From Opitutales bacterium (GTDB taxonomy: Bacteria; Verrucomicrobiota; Verrucomicrobiia; Opitutales; UBA953), in NCBI GenBank assembly GCA_044361555.1, contig JBIKIO010000001.1, forward strand, positions 8,393-72,392: a DNA stretch of 64,000 nucleotides, in the 5' to 3' direction. The stretch's first letter is position 1; every line of letters starts with the position of its first letter. The translations under genes and the position numbers were made by a program. The notes below the pieces were generated by a model. It was not told where the DNA came from. It was given only the letters and a program-made list of their open reading frames with translations, and ran no database searches. Of the stretch, positions 35,198 to 43,473 are shown piece after piece.

Positions 35198-36094
35198 TCA
35201 AGGCGTCAGCGGGACGACATTAGGCCTGAAGAAAGGCCCCAACACCCATCGGATGAGATACCAGGCGGCGATAGGGACGAGGCTAAGCGAGAACCCGGCC
35301 ACCAAGGACATGTTGAGCAACCCCGCGGGCTGCACCCATCGGGGCAAGTCGAGGATAAGGTCAGCGTAGGCCGCGTGCTGGACGGACAGCCATTGGAGCG
35401 AGAGCAAGTAGGCGAAGCTGAAGGAAGCGACGACGCATGCCGGAGCCCAAAGGCATGCACGGTAGATCCTGTCGCGCAGCCTGACGCTTGTTGGAAATAC
35501 CAGCCAGGCGGCGATGAGCGGTAAGGTCAGGATCGCCCACGTCGCTCGGAAAAAACCGGTCAGCTCATGCCAGCTCGAGGGCGCGAAGTCTTCCGGCATG
35601 AGCGTCGGCTTGGCACTCGGAGGAGAGGCCGTGCGCCCATTATACTGCCATTCGACCGGAAGACCGGAGACGCTGACCATCTCATTCGAGTTCCAGGTCT
35701 GGATCAGTGTTTCGGCGTCTAATTTTCCCGGACCGTAGACTACCTTGGGGTCTTTGGGGGCGAACCGAGTCAGCACGGCCTCAAGCGAGGCCTTTTCATA
35801 AGAGTAGTTGTTGTAAGAACTGACCCGGTACGCGCTGGGCATCCCCACTAAGGCGTATTCTTTCCTTAGGAATGGCCTGTCTTCGTGCAGATTCCAGCAC
35901 ACCACCCCGGCCGCGACGAGGGATCCGATGAAAGCCAGCCGGAGGCATGCCTCGAAAGACTTGTTCAGAAACGCGAACATCCCGGCGCTGAACAGGGCAC
36001 TGAACAGGCGACCGATGGACCGGAACACCCAGCCGATACCACGGAAGAAAAAGAGGGTGAGGCGGACGAGGGGCACGCGGGACAATTGCTCCAA
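35198..36094 (-). CDS. Polytopic membrane protein, unknown function
   Basis: Several hydrophobic helices (LAFIGSLVAAGVVCW; ILTLPLIAAWLVF; WAPACVVASFSFAYLLSL; LLNMSLVAGFSLSLVPIAAWYLI). The start is uncertain: TTG at 36094, TTG at 36085 or GTG at 36076. Confidence 0.65.
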   Translation of the reverse strand: MEQLSRVPLVRLTLFFFRGIGWVFRSIGRLFSALFSAGMFAFLNKSFEACLRLAFIGSLVAAGVVCWNLHEDRPFLRKEYALVGMPSAYRVSSYNNYSYEKASLEAVLTRFAPKDPKVVYGPGKLDAETLIQTWNSNEMVSVSGLPVEWQYNGRTASPPSAKPTLMPEDFAPSSWHELTGFFRATWAILTLPLIAAWLVFPTSVRLRDRIYRACLWAPACVVASFSFAYLLSLQWLSVQHAAYADLILDLPRWVQPAGLLNMSLVAGFSLSLVPIAAWYLIRWVLGPFFRPNVVPLTP

Positions 36095-36183
36095 GGCCCA
36101 AACACTGTAAAGAATTAAGAAAACGGCCGGCCACGCGGACGGCTTATCATTGACCCGATCGCCTCCTCGGAGGAAAATTCAAC

Positions 36184-36843
36184 ATGAATTATCATGTCAG
36201 TCAAAGGGGCGTTAATATAGGTAAATATAGCGAGACGGACATTCTCAACAACCTATCCATCGGTACCTTCACTTACGCTGATCATTACTGGGCCGTAGGT
36301 ATGCCCGGGTGGATGCCGCTCTCACAGTTCAGGCCTGACTCCGCCGCCGGCGCAACCCGCCGACCGTCGTCTCAACAACCCGCTGCGCAGCCCGCCACGC
36401 ATGCGACCGGCGGCCGCCCATCGCATGCCACCGGCCACGCGCATGCCCCGTCCATAGCGACACCATCCTCGAACGCGCAGGTATTTGGTCTGCTGGGCGG
36501 CGGGCTTATGGCGCTGGGTGTATTCGGTCCGGCGGCCGAAATGGGCAAGTTGGAATTCTCCATCATTGCCAATGGAAACACCAAAGGAGTCATCCTGCTC
36601 GCGCTCGGGTGCGTCGGTGCCCTGCTTGCCATGGTTCGCCTGCACGTCTTCACGTGGATACCTGCGGTCGTCATCGCACTGGTCCTAGGGGACATGTGCC
36701 TCAAGCTTGTCGATGCGCCTTCCGCCACGCTGTTCGGCACCACGATCCGCCTCACGCCGGGATGGGGGCTCATAGTCATGCTCGCCGGCAACGCCTTATT
36801 GTTTTGCGCGGCATGGGTGGGGTCGAATGAAAAGAAACCCTGA
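36184..36843 (+). CDS. GYF_2 - Pro/Ala-rich linker - multi-TM protein
   Basis: MNYHVSQRGVNIGKYSETDILNNLSIGTFTYADHYWAVGMPGWMPLSQF. GGAGGA lies about 10 nt upstream of the ATG. The C-terminal half is hydrophobic helices. Confidence 0.85.
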   Translation: MNYHVSQRGVNIGKYSETDILNNLSIGTFTYADHYWAVGMPGWMPLSQFRPDSAAGATRRPSSQQPAAQPATHATGGRPSHATGHAHAPSIATPSSNAQVFGLLGGGLMALGVFGPAAEMGKLEFSIIANGNTKGVILLALGCVGALLAMVRLHVFTWIPAVVIALVLGDMCLKLVDAPSATLFGTTIRLTPGWGLIVMLAGNALLFCAAWVGSNEKKP

Positions 36844-36870
36844 CCGTCATTACATATACCAGTATCAGTC

Positions 36871-37644
36871 ATGAACCGAATCCGCCTTCCGCTCTTTGCT
36901 TCCTTCCTTTTCCTGGTCGGGTGCGTATCACCCTGGGAGAAGTTCTACTCCGGCGTCGAGACGCCTGCGGACTATGCCTACGGAGGCTCGACCCTCTGTC
37001 GTCGCGTGGATAACCCAGAGGAAGTAAAAGCATACCTGCGGGAAGGCTATCTGGTCTTCGGCGAATCCAGCTTCAACGCCGGCGGAGGCGTCTCCCTGGA
37101 CAACCTTCAGACCCAAGGGGAAAAGGTCGGGGCAGATATCGTGCTCTTCTGGGCCGGCAACGCCCAGACCAGCCAGAGCGCCATGGTGATCCCGCAGTTC
37201 AATCCTGGGACGCAGCAGACCACCTACGTCAACGGCTACGGCAGCGGCGGCTCGTTTTCGGGCACTGCCACGACCTATACCCCAGGAACCTACAGCACCC
37301 AGGTCGTACCGGTCACCGTCACCCGGATGGACTATTCGGCGATCTTCCTGCGCAGACGCATCACCAAGCCCGCCCTCGGCGTCAGTGTCCGCGAGATGAC
37401 GGCAACGGAAGCGTCGGCCCTCGGCACCAACTCGGCGGTGGCCATCGAACTCGTGATCCGGAACACGCCGGCATTCGAAGCCGACGTCATGGAGGGAGAC
37501 TTCCTGCTGGAGATCGACGGAACCAAAGTCCCCGACGTCCGCTCGTTTCTGGAGATCATCGCATCGAAACGCGGCCAGACCATCCGCGCGCTCATCTCGC
37601 ACCGAGGGACACGCCTTTACAAGATGATCAGGACCAATCCCTGA
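36871..37644 (+). CDS. Lipoprotein with C-terminal PDZ-like domain
   Basis: Lipobox-like LFASFLFLVGC. C-terminal LGVSVREMTATEASALGTNSAVAIELVIRNTPAFEADVMEGDFLLEIDGTKVPDVRSFLEII resembles a PDZ domain. Confidence 0.8.
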   Translation: MNRIRLPLFASFLFLVGCVSPWEKFYSGVETPADYAYGGSTLCRRVDNPEEVKAYLREGYLVFGESSFNAGGGVSLDNLQTQGEKVGADIVLFWAGNAQTSQSAMVIPQFNPGTQQTTYVNGYGSGGSFSGTATTYTPGTYSTQVVPVTVTRMDYSAIFLRRRITKPALGVSVREMTATEASALGTNSAVAIELVIRNTPAFEADVMEGDFLLEIDGTKVPDVRSFLEIIASKRGQTIRALISHRGTRLYKMIRTNP

Positions 37645-37650
37645 GCACGC

Positions 37651-38157
37651 TCAAGGACGGCTGAGAAGGTTCTGTCCGGTCGGCGAATTGGCCGGCACCA
37701 GACGGTCGCTCTTGCAGGCGCGGCAGACCTGACCGCGGGTCGTGAGACGCCAGATCGAATAGATGAGGCCGGGCACGCACATGAACAGCCAGAGGACGAC
37801 TTCGATCAGGAAGCTGCCCTTGGTATGGCTCTCGGTGCCCGTGCTGCCGCACTGAGCGCAGACCATCATATCCGCTGGATAGGTTCGGACCGGACGGTTG
37901 ACCGGCGGAGGGAGGGCCGAGCCGGCCGTCGGCGGCGGCGGAGCCACCTGGTTCCGCACGGCGGCTTTCGGCACATGCCGCATCCACTCTTCATGGGCGC
38001 TCACCCGGGCCCACGCCGCCATCCCCGCCGTCCAATAGTAGTCGGTCGGCAGGACCTGCCCCGTCGCCACCTTCGCGATCATCTCATTGCTGTCAAAGGT
38101 GCCGATGACCTGGCCGTTGCGAGATACCTGATACCTGCCCGGAGTAGTCATGGCCAT
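37651..38157 (-). CDS. GYF_2 - Pro-rich linker - zinc-ribbon-flanked TM protein
   Basis: RYQVSRNGQVIGTFDSNEMIAKVATGQVLPTDYYWTAGMAAWARVS. VAPPPPTAGSALPPPVNRP. CAQCGS...FLIEVVLWLFMCVPGLIYSIW...CRACKS. Confidence 0.85.
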   Translation of the reverse strand: MAMTTPGRYQVSRNGQVIGTFDSNEMIAKVATGQVLPTDYYWTAGMAAWARVSAHEEWMRHVPKAAVRNQVAPPPPTAGSALPPPVNRPVRTYPADMMVCAQCGSTGTESHTKGSFLIEVVLWLFMCVPGLIYSIWRLTTRGQVCRACKSDRLVPANSPTGQNLLSRP

Positions 38158-38277
38158 GGCGCTTTAATCTATGATTACATTGGGATATCAATATAAATAA
38201 CCCCATGGCAGCCGCTGGTCGAGGGTTGGCATGCAATTTACATTGATGGTGTCTGACGCTTACGCAGGCTCATCGAG

Positions 38278-39033
38278 ATGTCCGTCCTCTCCGTGTTCGA
38301 TGGCCCGGTTGTCTGGCTCCTGTTATGCTTCATCTGCCCGGCTGTGACGGTCTTGCTCATCCTCAAAAGCATACGAAAAGCTCCCCCGCAAAGCCCCGCC
38401 CTCCAGATGACCAACCCCCAGTCCGCTCAAGGTGGCACGATCGCCGACCATCAGGTTTCACGCAATGGTTCGATGCTCGCCACTCACAGCGAGGCCGACC
38501 TCCGCCGGCTGCTCGCATCGGGTCAATATCACCCCACGGATTTCTATTGGAAGCCTGGCATGGCCGCCTGGGCTCCGCTTTCATCGCTACCCGCTCCAGC
38601 GCCCGGAACAGCCGCCACCCCTTCAGCGAGCCAGCCCGGCCAACGGCTCGCCATCAGAGGCACCGTGATCAGCTTCAATATCCAGAGCGGTACAGGCCTG
38701 ATCAGCGGCTTGAACGGCATGCGCTACAACTTCGTCACTGCCAACTGGGGCTCGCCGACCGTGCCGCCCTCCACCGGACTGCAGGTGGAGTTCGAGGTCA
38801 ACGGCTCCCACGCCGAACATATCTTCCCGGCGAACGGACACTCCGGTGGCACGAGCTCGAGCGAATTCTACCGCAGTAGCGACAACGTCTTGGTCTCAGG
38901 AGTCTGCGCCGGCCTAGCTCATAAGTGGAATGCCGACCCCGTGCTCATCCGCATCGCCATGCTCTTCATCCCGCTCGGCTGGATCTTCTACCTCATCGGG
39001 AGCATGAGCTGGTCGGCCCGCCCGACGCGCTGA
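38278..39033 (+). CDS. TM - GYF_2 - cold-shock/OB-like - PspC-domain protein
   Basis: HQVSRNGSMLATHSEADLRRLLASGQYHPTDFYWKPGMAAWAPLSSL. GTVISFNIQSGTGLISGLNGMRYNFVTANW...LQVEFEVNGSHAEHIF is CSD-like. FYRSSDNVLVSGVCAGLAHKWNADPVLIRIAMLF matches the PspC signature. Confidence 0.85.
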   Translation: MSVLSVFDGPVVWLLLCFICPAVTVLLILKSIRKAPPQSPALQMTNPQSAQGGTIADHQVSRNGSMLATHSEADLRRLLASGQYHPTDFYWKPGMAAWAPLSSLPAPAPGTAATPSASQPGQRLAIRGTVISFNIQSGTGLISGLNGMRYNFVTANWGSPTVPPSTGLQVEFEVNGSHAEHIFPANGHSGGTSSSEFYRSSDNVLVSGVCAGLAHKWNADPVLIRIAMLFIPLGWIFYLIGSMSWSARPTR

Positions 39034-39064
39034 ACCTCGGAGCAGGCTAAAGAGACGGTAAACC

Positions 39065-39889
39065 ATGTTCGACCCGCTCATTGAAAGAGACCTAGCCGTC
39101 AGGCTAGGGGAAGAAGCCGTCGCCATCTCTCAGAATGGCGGCTACGCTGGCCCGTCTGGCCAGGTCGACATCTCCCTGCAGCTGGCGGAGTCTTTAAGGC
39201 TGACACGATACTACGGACCAGACCACGAGCATGCGCAAGCAAAGCCCGGGACTTTCCCTACTCGCTTCGAGGTCACCAATGAAACGACCCTCTCAGCCCA
39301 TCGTCGCCATCAGACCAAAGGCCATGTCGCGGTCTCCCTGAATTTCGCCTCGGCCACCCATCCCGGCGGCGGCTTCCTGCGCGGCGCACGGGCGCAAGAG
39401 GAGTATCTCTGCCGTTCCAGCGGCCTGTATCTGGCGATCAAGGACTGCCCGATGTACGCTTACCATCGGGCCCAAGGTGAGCATCTTTACACCGATGCCA
39501 TGATTTACTCGCCGGACGTTCCAGTCTTCCGTGACGATGAGCACGCGCTGCTGCCCTCCCCCTTCCAAGCTTCTTTCATCACCTCCGCCGCCCCTTTGGC
39601 CAGGCTGTTACGCGATGAAGACTTCGAACACCTGAATGAGGTGCTTTATGTCAGAATCATCAAGATTCTTTCGGTGGCTCAGCTCCATGGGCACGACTCT
39701 TTGGTCCTCGGAGCATGGGGATGCGGGGCCTTCGGAAATGACGGCCATCAGGTCGCCGGCCTCTTTCACCGGGCACTGAGCGCAGACTTCGCCGGCGCGT
39801 TCAAGGAGGTCACCTTCGCGATCGTGGACACGACGACCGAACGGCGCTTCATCGGGCCGTTCGCCAAGCGCTTTTCACCGGGCCCCTGA
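39065..39889 (+). CDS. TIGR02452 / microbial PARG-like macro-domain protein
   Basis: LNFASATHPGGGFLRGARAQEEYLCRSSGLY and LVLGAWGCGAFGND match the signature I recall for the DUF2263 / microbial-type PARG family. Confidence 0.8.
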   Translation: MFDPLIERDLAVRLGEEAVAISQNGGYAGPSGQVDISLQLAESLRLTRYYGPDHEHAQAKPGTFPTRFEVTNETTLSAHRRHQTKGHVAVSLNFASATHPGGGFLRGARAQEEYLCRSSGLYLAIKDCPMYAYHRAQGEHLYTDAMIYSPDVPVFRDDEHALLPSPFQASFITSAAPLARLLRDEDFEHLNEVLYVRIIKILSVAQLHGHDSLVLGAWGCGAFGNDGHQVAGLFHRALSADFAGAFKEVTFAIVDTTTERRFIGPFAKRFSPGP

Positions 39890-40945
39890 CGCGTCCCCGT
39901 CGCCAGCGGCCCGAGGGTTCGGGCCGAATTTGTTCGCCCCTTCTTGTCCCGGTGCGAAGAGAAGCCAGAGATTCAAGAAAGGCACCAGAACGAACCACCC
40001 GGAGAGACCGACATCATGGGCACGCTTGATCAGGCCGATCAGGAAAATCCAGAAGCCGATCGTAAGCAGGCCAAAAGCAAGGCCAGTGGATAGAATGCTG
40101 ATGAAAGCGGCGATCGCCATCAGTACGAAATTGAGAACGTAGTAGCCGAAGAGACCCCTCCTCGTAAGCCGACCATCCGTACTGAGATTTCCAAGATCAA
40201 CGGTGAATAAATTACCGGGCTTAAGCTCAGTAATCTGCGGTCGTGAAACATCCCCGCGTTCCGTCGCAGAAGGGGTATCATCGGCCACACTCCTTGCATT
40301 TTGGTTAACTTGGGAATCAAAGACCACAGGGGGCGGCGGTAAAGGATAAGCAGGCGCCGGAGCAGCACGCCAATCATTCGGCTGCGTAATCGCCTTATAA
40401 AGCACCTCTGCCCATGCGCGACCCGAGCCCCAATCAGGCCCAGGCTCGACGACGCCATCGGCAACGTCGATCAAATCGAATCCGCCGTCCGTCAGTCTGG
40501 CGCGAGATAGCGGCGAGACGGCGGCGCCGACAAAAGCCAGCCTGTAGCCGCATCTGCATCCATTGATGACCTCAAGACCCACGCTTAGATCGCCCTGCGG
40601 ATTAGCGCCCAAAAAAAGCACCAGTATCGGACGCCAATCACCTTTGGTGGTCGCGGTGGTCTTTCGTAGGTTAGCATTAACATCGGACTCGAAAAGAGAA
40701 AGGCCCCCTCTAAGGTCAGGAGCACCTGCCGCCACCTCAGCGGCGCCGACATTACCGATGGCCTCGATTTCAGTCAGCGGAACGGTCTGTTTCGCACTTC
40801 CAGCCAAGGAAATGAAGCTGAGCCATACTGTTTCCAATGCATAAGGATCAGACCTCAGCCCCTCGACCAAAGCCGGAAACCCTCGATGCGCATCCGCCGA
40901 GCCGTCGTGCAGGACATAGACAGGAAGCCGGCGCGATGAGTACAT
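39875..40945 (-). CDS. TerY-like vWA with degenerate MIDAS fused to a C-terminal DUF805 membrane domain
   Basis: The ATG at 40945 gives MYSSRRLPVYVLHDGSADAH. Compare MSSARRLPIYFLVDTSGSM at 21938: here DxSxS is replaced by HDGSADA. C-terminal GRLTRRGLFGYYVLNFVLMAIAAF...IKRAHDVGLSGWFVLVPFLNLWLLFAPG fits DUF805. The track start 40981 is a TTG. The 3' end overlaps 39065-39889 by 15 nt (convergent). Confidence 0.8.
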   Translation of the reverse strand: MYSSRRLPVYVLHDGSADAHRGFPALVEGLRSDPYALETVWLSFISLAGSAKQTVPLTEIEAIGNVGAAEVAAGAPDLRGGLSLFESDVNANLRKTTATTKGDWRPILVLFLGANPQGDLSVGLEVINGCRCGYRLAFVGAAVSPLSRARLTDGGFDLIDVADGVVEPGPDWGSGRAWAEVLYKAITQPNDWRAAPAPAYPLPPPPVVFDSQVNQNARSVADDTPSATERGDVSRPQITELKPGNLFTVDLGNLSTDGRLTRRGLFGYYVLNFVLMAIAAFISILSTGLAFGLLTIGFWIFLIGLIKRAHDVGLSGWFVLVPFLNLWLLFAPGQEGANKFGPNPRAAGDGDASGAR

Positions 40946-41185
40946 TATGTACAATAGCATACTCCTAGACTTACATGCCAACCTTAATCCCTCGTGGCAG
41001 CCTTACATCCGGCGTCCTATTGTCGCCCTTCGTTCGCAGGACCATCCAGCCCCTCCGTGGCCGCAGCTCATTCAGTCCTCAACAATCCGCGGGCTCCAGA
41101 GCCAGTCAGTGTTAGCCATCCATCAGTCCATCGGACCTTTCGTCTGAAGGCCTAGCCCACGTGTCAACTTGCCCACGTGCCCACT

Positions 41186-41218
41186 GCGCGAAATCAGCTT
41201 CGCTTGATGATTTCGCGC
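41186..41218. repeat. Perfect 11-bp inverted repeat spanning the SNF2 stop codon
   Basis: GCGCGAAATCA (41186-41196) and TGATTTCGCGC (41208-41218) are separated by 11 nt. The SNF2 stop (41196-41194) lies in one arm. No U-tract follows on the minus strand. Confidence 0.5.
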
Positions 41219-43362
41219 AACTCCGCCATCACCGCGCTCCCCGGATCGATGGCCATCCCGCTGGCATCCTTGACGGAACTCTGGTGCGCGTAGTCGGCGA
41301 AGATCTGCGACTTCTCAGCGACGAGCTTAACTAGCATTTCGTCGACGGTTCCTTTGGCGATGAGACGATGGGCGTTCACTTTGCGGGTCTGACCCATGCG
41401 CCGCACGCGGGCGATGGCCTGACGTTCGGTGGAAGGCTTGAACTGAGGCTCCATCAGGATGACGACCTGGGCGCATTGCAGGTTGATGCCGACTCCGCCG
41501 GCTTCGATCTGGAGTGCAAGGACGCCAAAACCTTCCAGCGTCCCGAAGCGATCAATAACGAGTTGCCGTTCCTCGGAGCTCACCCCGCCATGAATTTGCG
41601 CACAACCACCCACCATCGTACTCACGTCGTCGAGCACCTGCCGGAAATACGAGAACACCGCGACCTTACGTCCATCCTCCTGATATAACTCAAGCAGCTC
41701 CCTGAGCCGGTCGAACTTGGCCGACTGCAAGCCGCCCGCCCCGATGGTCGCAGCGAGCCGCTTATGCATGAGATTGTCCGCGCTGGCCCGGTAAGCTTCG
41801 ACATCCGCCGGCTCCAACGGGACGATCTCGTCGGTCTCGGTGATATCCGGCAGTTCGGTCAGGACGTCCGCCTGCGTGCGACGCAGGTAGACCGGCGCCA
41901 GTTTGGTCCGCACCTCAACCGGCGCAGGCCGCACTTGCTTGAGGAGCGTCGAGACTTCCGCGCCGAGTTCAGGCTGGACGGACGTGACGAGAGTCTGGAG
42001 CTCGCTGAGTCGGTTCTCCAGCGCGGTGCCGGACATGAATGCGACATGCTTGGCCAGGCTGGTCAGGCGCATGACGGCCTGAGTGCGTTGCGCCTGCTTG
42101 TTCTTGACCGAATGAGCCTCGTCGACCGCGAGCAGATCGACCTCGGTGATGCCGTCGACCAACCGGCTGAGGGTGGTATAGGTCGTGATCGCCACCCCGC
42201 CCTCCCGCCGCCACTGGTCCAGCTCGTCATCACGGTCGGAACCGTGGACGACGATGGCGCTGAGCTTCGTATGCTTCTTCACTTCGCGCTCCCAGTTGAT
42301 GAGCACGCTGTTCGGCGCGACCACGAAGAAATGCTTCTTCCCTTGGGCCGCGAGATGACACATCGCCGCCAGCACCTGCATGGTCTTACCCAAGCCCATG
42401 TCGTCGCCGAGCAGGACACGTTTCTGGCAGATGATGTATTGCGTCCCGAACTGCTGATAACGGCGCAAGGTGGCCGTGAGCAGGCGAAGGTCGACCTGGG
42501 TGGCCTCGACCGCGTCGGCGATCTCGGCCGGCAAGCCACCCCGCAGGTCCGGTCCGGCCAAAGCCCCCCTGGCGACCACGCGAGCAGGCAGGATACTCTC
42601 CAGCAACGCGATGAAACTGGCGGAGTTATCGCCATAGCGCCGCCACACCGCCTCTGGCGCGAACCCTAGGCGCTGGGCATAGTCAGCCAGACCACGGGCT
42701 TCCTCGGCCACCCAGCGTAGTTCCGCGGCCAGATTGCCATCCCGTCGGGCCAGCTCCTGATGGGCGTCGACAGAGAAGAGATGATCTCGGACCTTGGTCT
42801 GCGCCCGAAAGACACGCAGACGTTCGACGGCATCATCGAAACGGATCTGGGCCTCCCGAGGACGTGTCCCCAGGTCACGGACCAAGGTCTCATACTTCAC
42901 CAAGGCCACCAGCAAGCGGGTATCCGCCGGACGACGATGATCCGGATCAGGAAGCAGACGCACTCGTGCCCGGGCCGATTCCTCGAAAGTCCGGTAAGCC
43001 TGCATAGTGGCCGCGGCCGTCACCTCGCCGATGCCGCGATAACGTTGCACAGACAGCTCGGTCTGACCGGCCAACTGAGCTACCTTCCGGAAACCGGCCG
43101 ACTGCAAAGCTCCGACCGGTGCGCCGAAATCCTTAAGCTCGTCGATGTCCGTCGCCTTCATCTCGGCCAGGGCAGCTTCCGCCACGATAGCCTCCGCCGC
43201 CGCGATGACCTCCGCCTGGGCCGCCGGCAGCACCTGCTCGATCCGACGCAGTTCCCCGTAAGCCTTCAGCCTCTCCGCCTGAGCACGCCCCTGCCCCGCC
43301 CGGACCTTCATGGCCAAGCCTACCCCCGCCAGATAATCTGCAATGCCTTTGAACACTGCCAC
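41194..43362 (-). CDS. SNF2-family helicase/ATPase
   Basis: Motif I LLGDDMGLGKTMQVLA. Motif II LLAVDEAHSVKN. FMSGTALENRLSEL. Motifs V-VI LMEPQFKPSTERQAIARVRRMGQTRKVNAHRLI. The start is GTG at 43362 or ATG at 43311. Confidence 0.9.
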   Translation of the reverse strand: MAVFKGIADYLAGVGLAMKVRAGQGRAQAERLKAYGELRRIEQVLPAAQAEVIAAAEAIVAEAALAEMKATDIDELKDFGAPVGALQSAGFRKVAQLAGQTELSVQRYRGIGEVTAAATMQAYRTFEESARARVRLLPDPDHRRPADTRLLVALVKYETLVRDLGTRPREAQIRFDDAVERLRVFRAQTKVRDHLFSVDAHQELARRDGNLAAELRWVAEEARGLADYAQRLGFAPEAVWRRYGDNSASFIALLESILPARVVARGALAGPDLRGGLPAEIADAVEATQVDLRLLTATLRRYQQFGTQYIICQKRVLLGDDMGLGKTMQVLAAMCHLAAQGKKHFFVVAPNSVLINWEREVKKHTKLSAIVVHGSDRDDELDQWRREGGVAITTYTTLSRLVDGITEVDLLAVDEAHSVKNKQAQRTQAVMRLTSLAKHVAFMSGTALENRLSELQTLVTSVQPELGAEVSTLLKQVRPAPVEVRTKLAPVYLRRTQADVLTELPDITETDEIVPLEPADVEAYRASADNLMHKRLAATIGAGGLQSAKFDRLRELLELYQEDGRKVAVFSYFRQVLDDVSTMVGGCAQIHGGVSSEERQLVIDRFGTLEGFGVLALQIEAGGVGINLQCAQVVILMEPQFKPSTERQAIARVRRMGQTRKVNAHRLIAKGTVDEMLVKLVAEKSQIFADYAHQSSVKDASGMAIDPGSAVMAELREIIKRS

Positions 43363-43440
43363 CTACTCTGCCCACCCGCCAGCCTCCCGCCAGCGCTAAC
43401 CTTAAAGGTAGGGATGCGATGAAATCGCATCCGTTGTCTC

Positions 43441-43473
43441 TAGGTAGGGATGACCGGCCCGGTCATCCTTAGG
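43441..43473. repeat. REP-like palindrome GGTAGGGATGACCGG-C-CCGGTCATCC, overlapping the stop of the phosphoesterase gene
   Basis: Arms GGATGACCGG (43448-43457) and CCGGTCATCC (43459-43468). The same element recurs at 62437-62457 and, with one mismatch, at 63426-63446. Confidence 0.7.
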
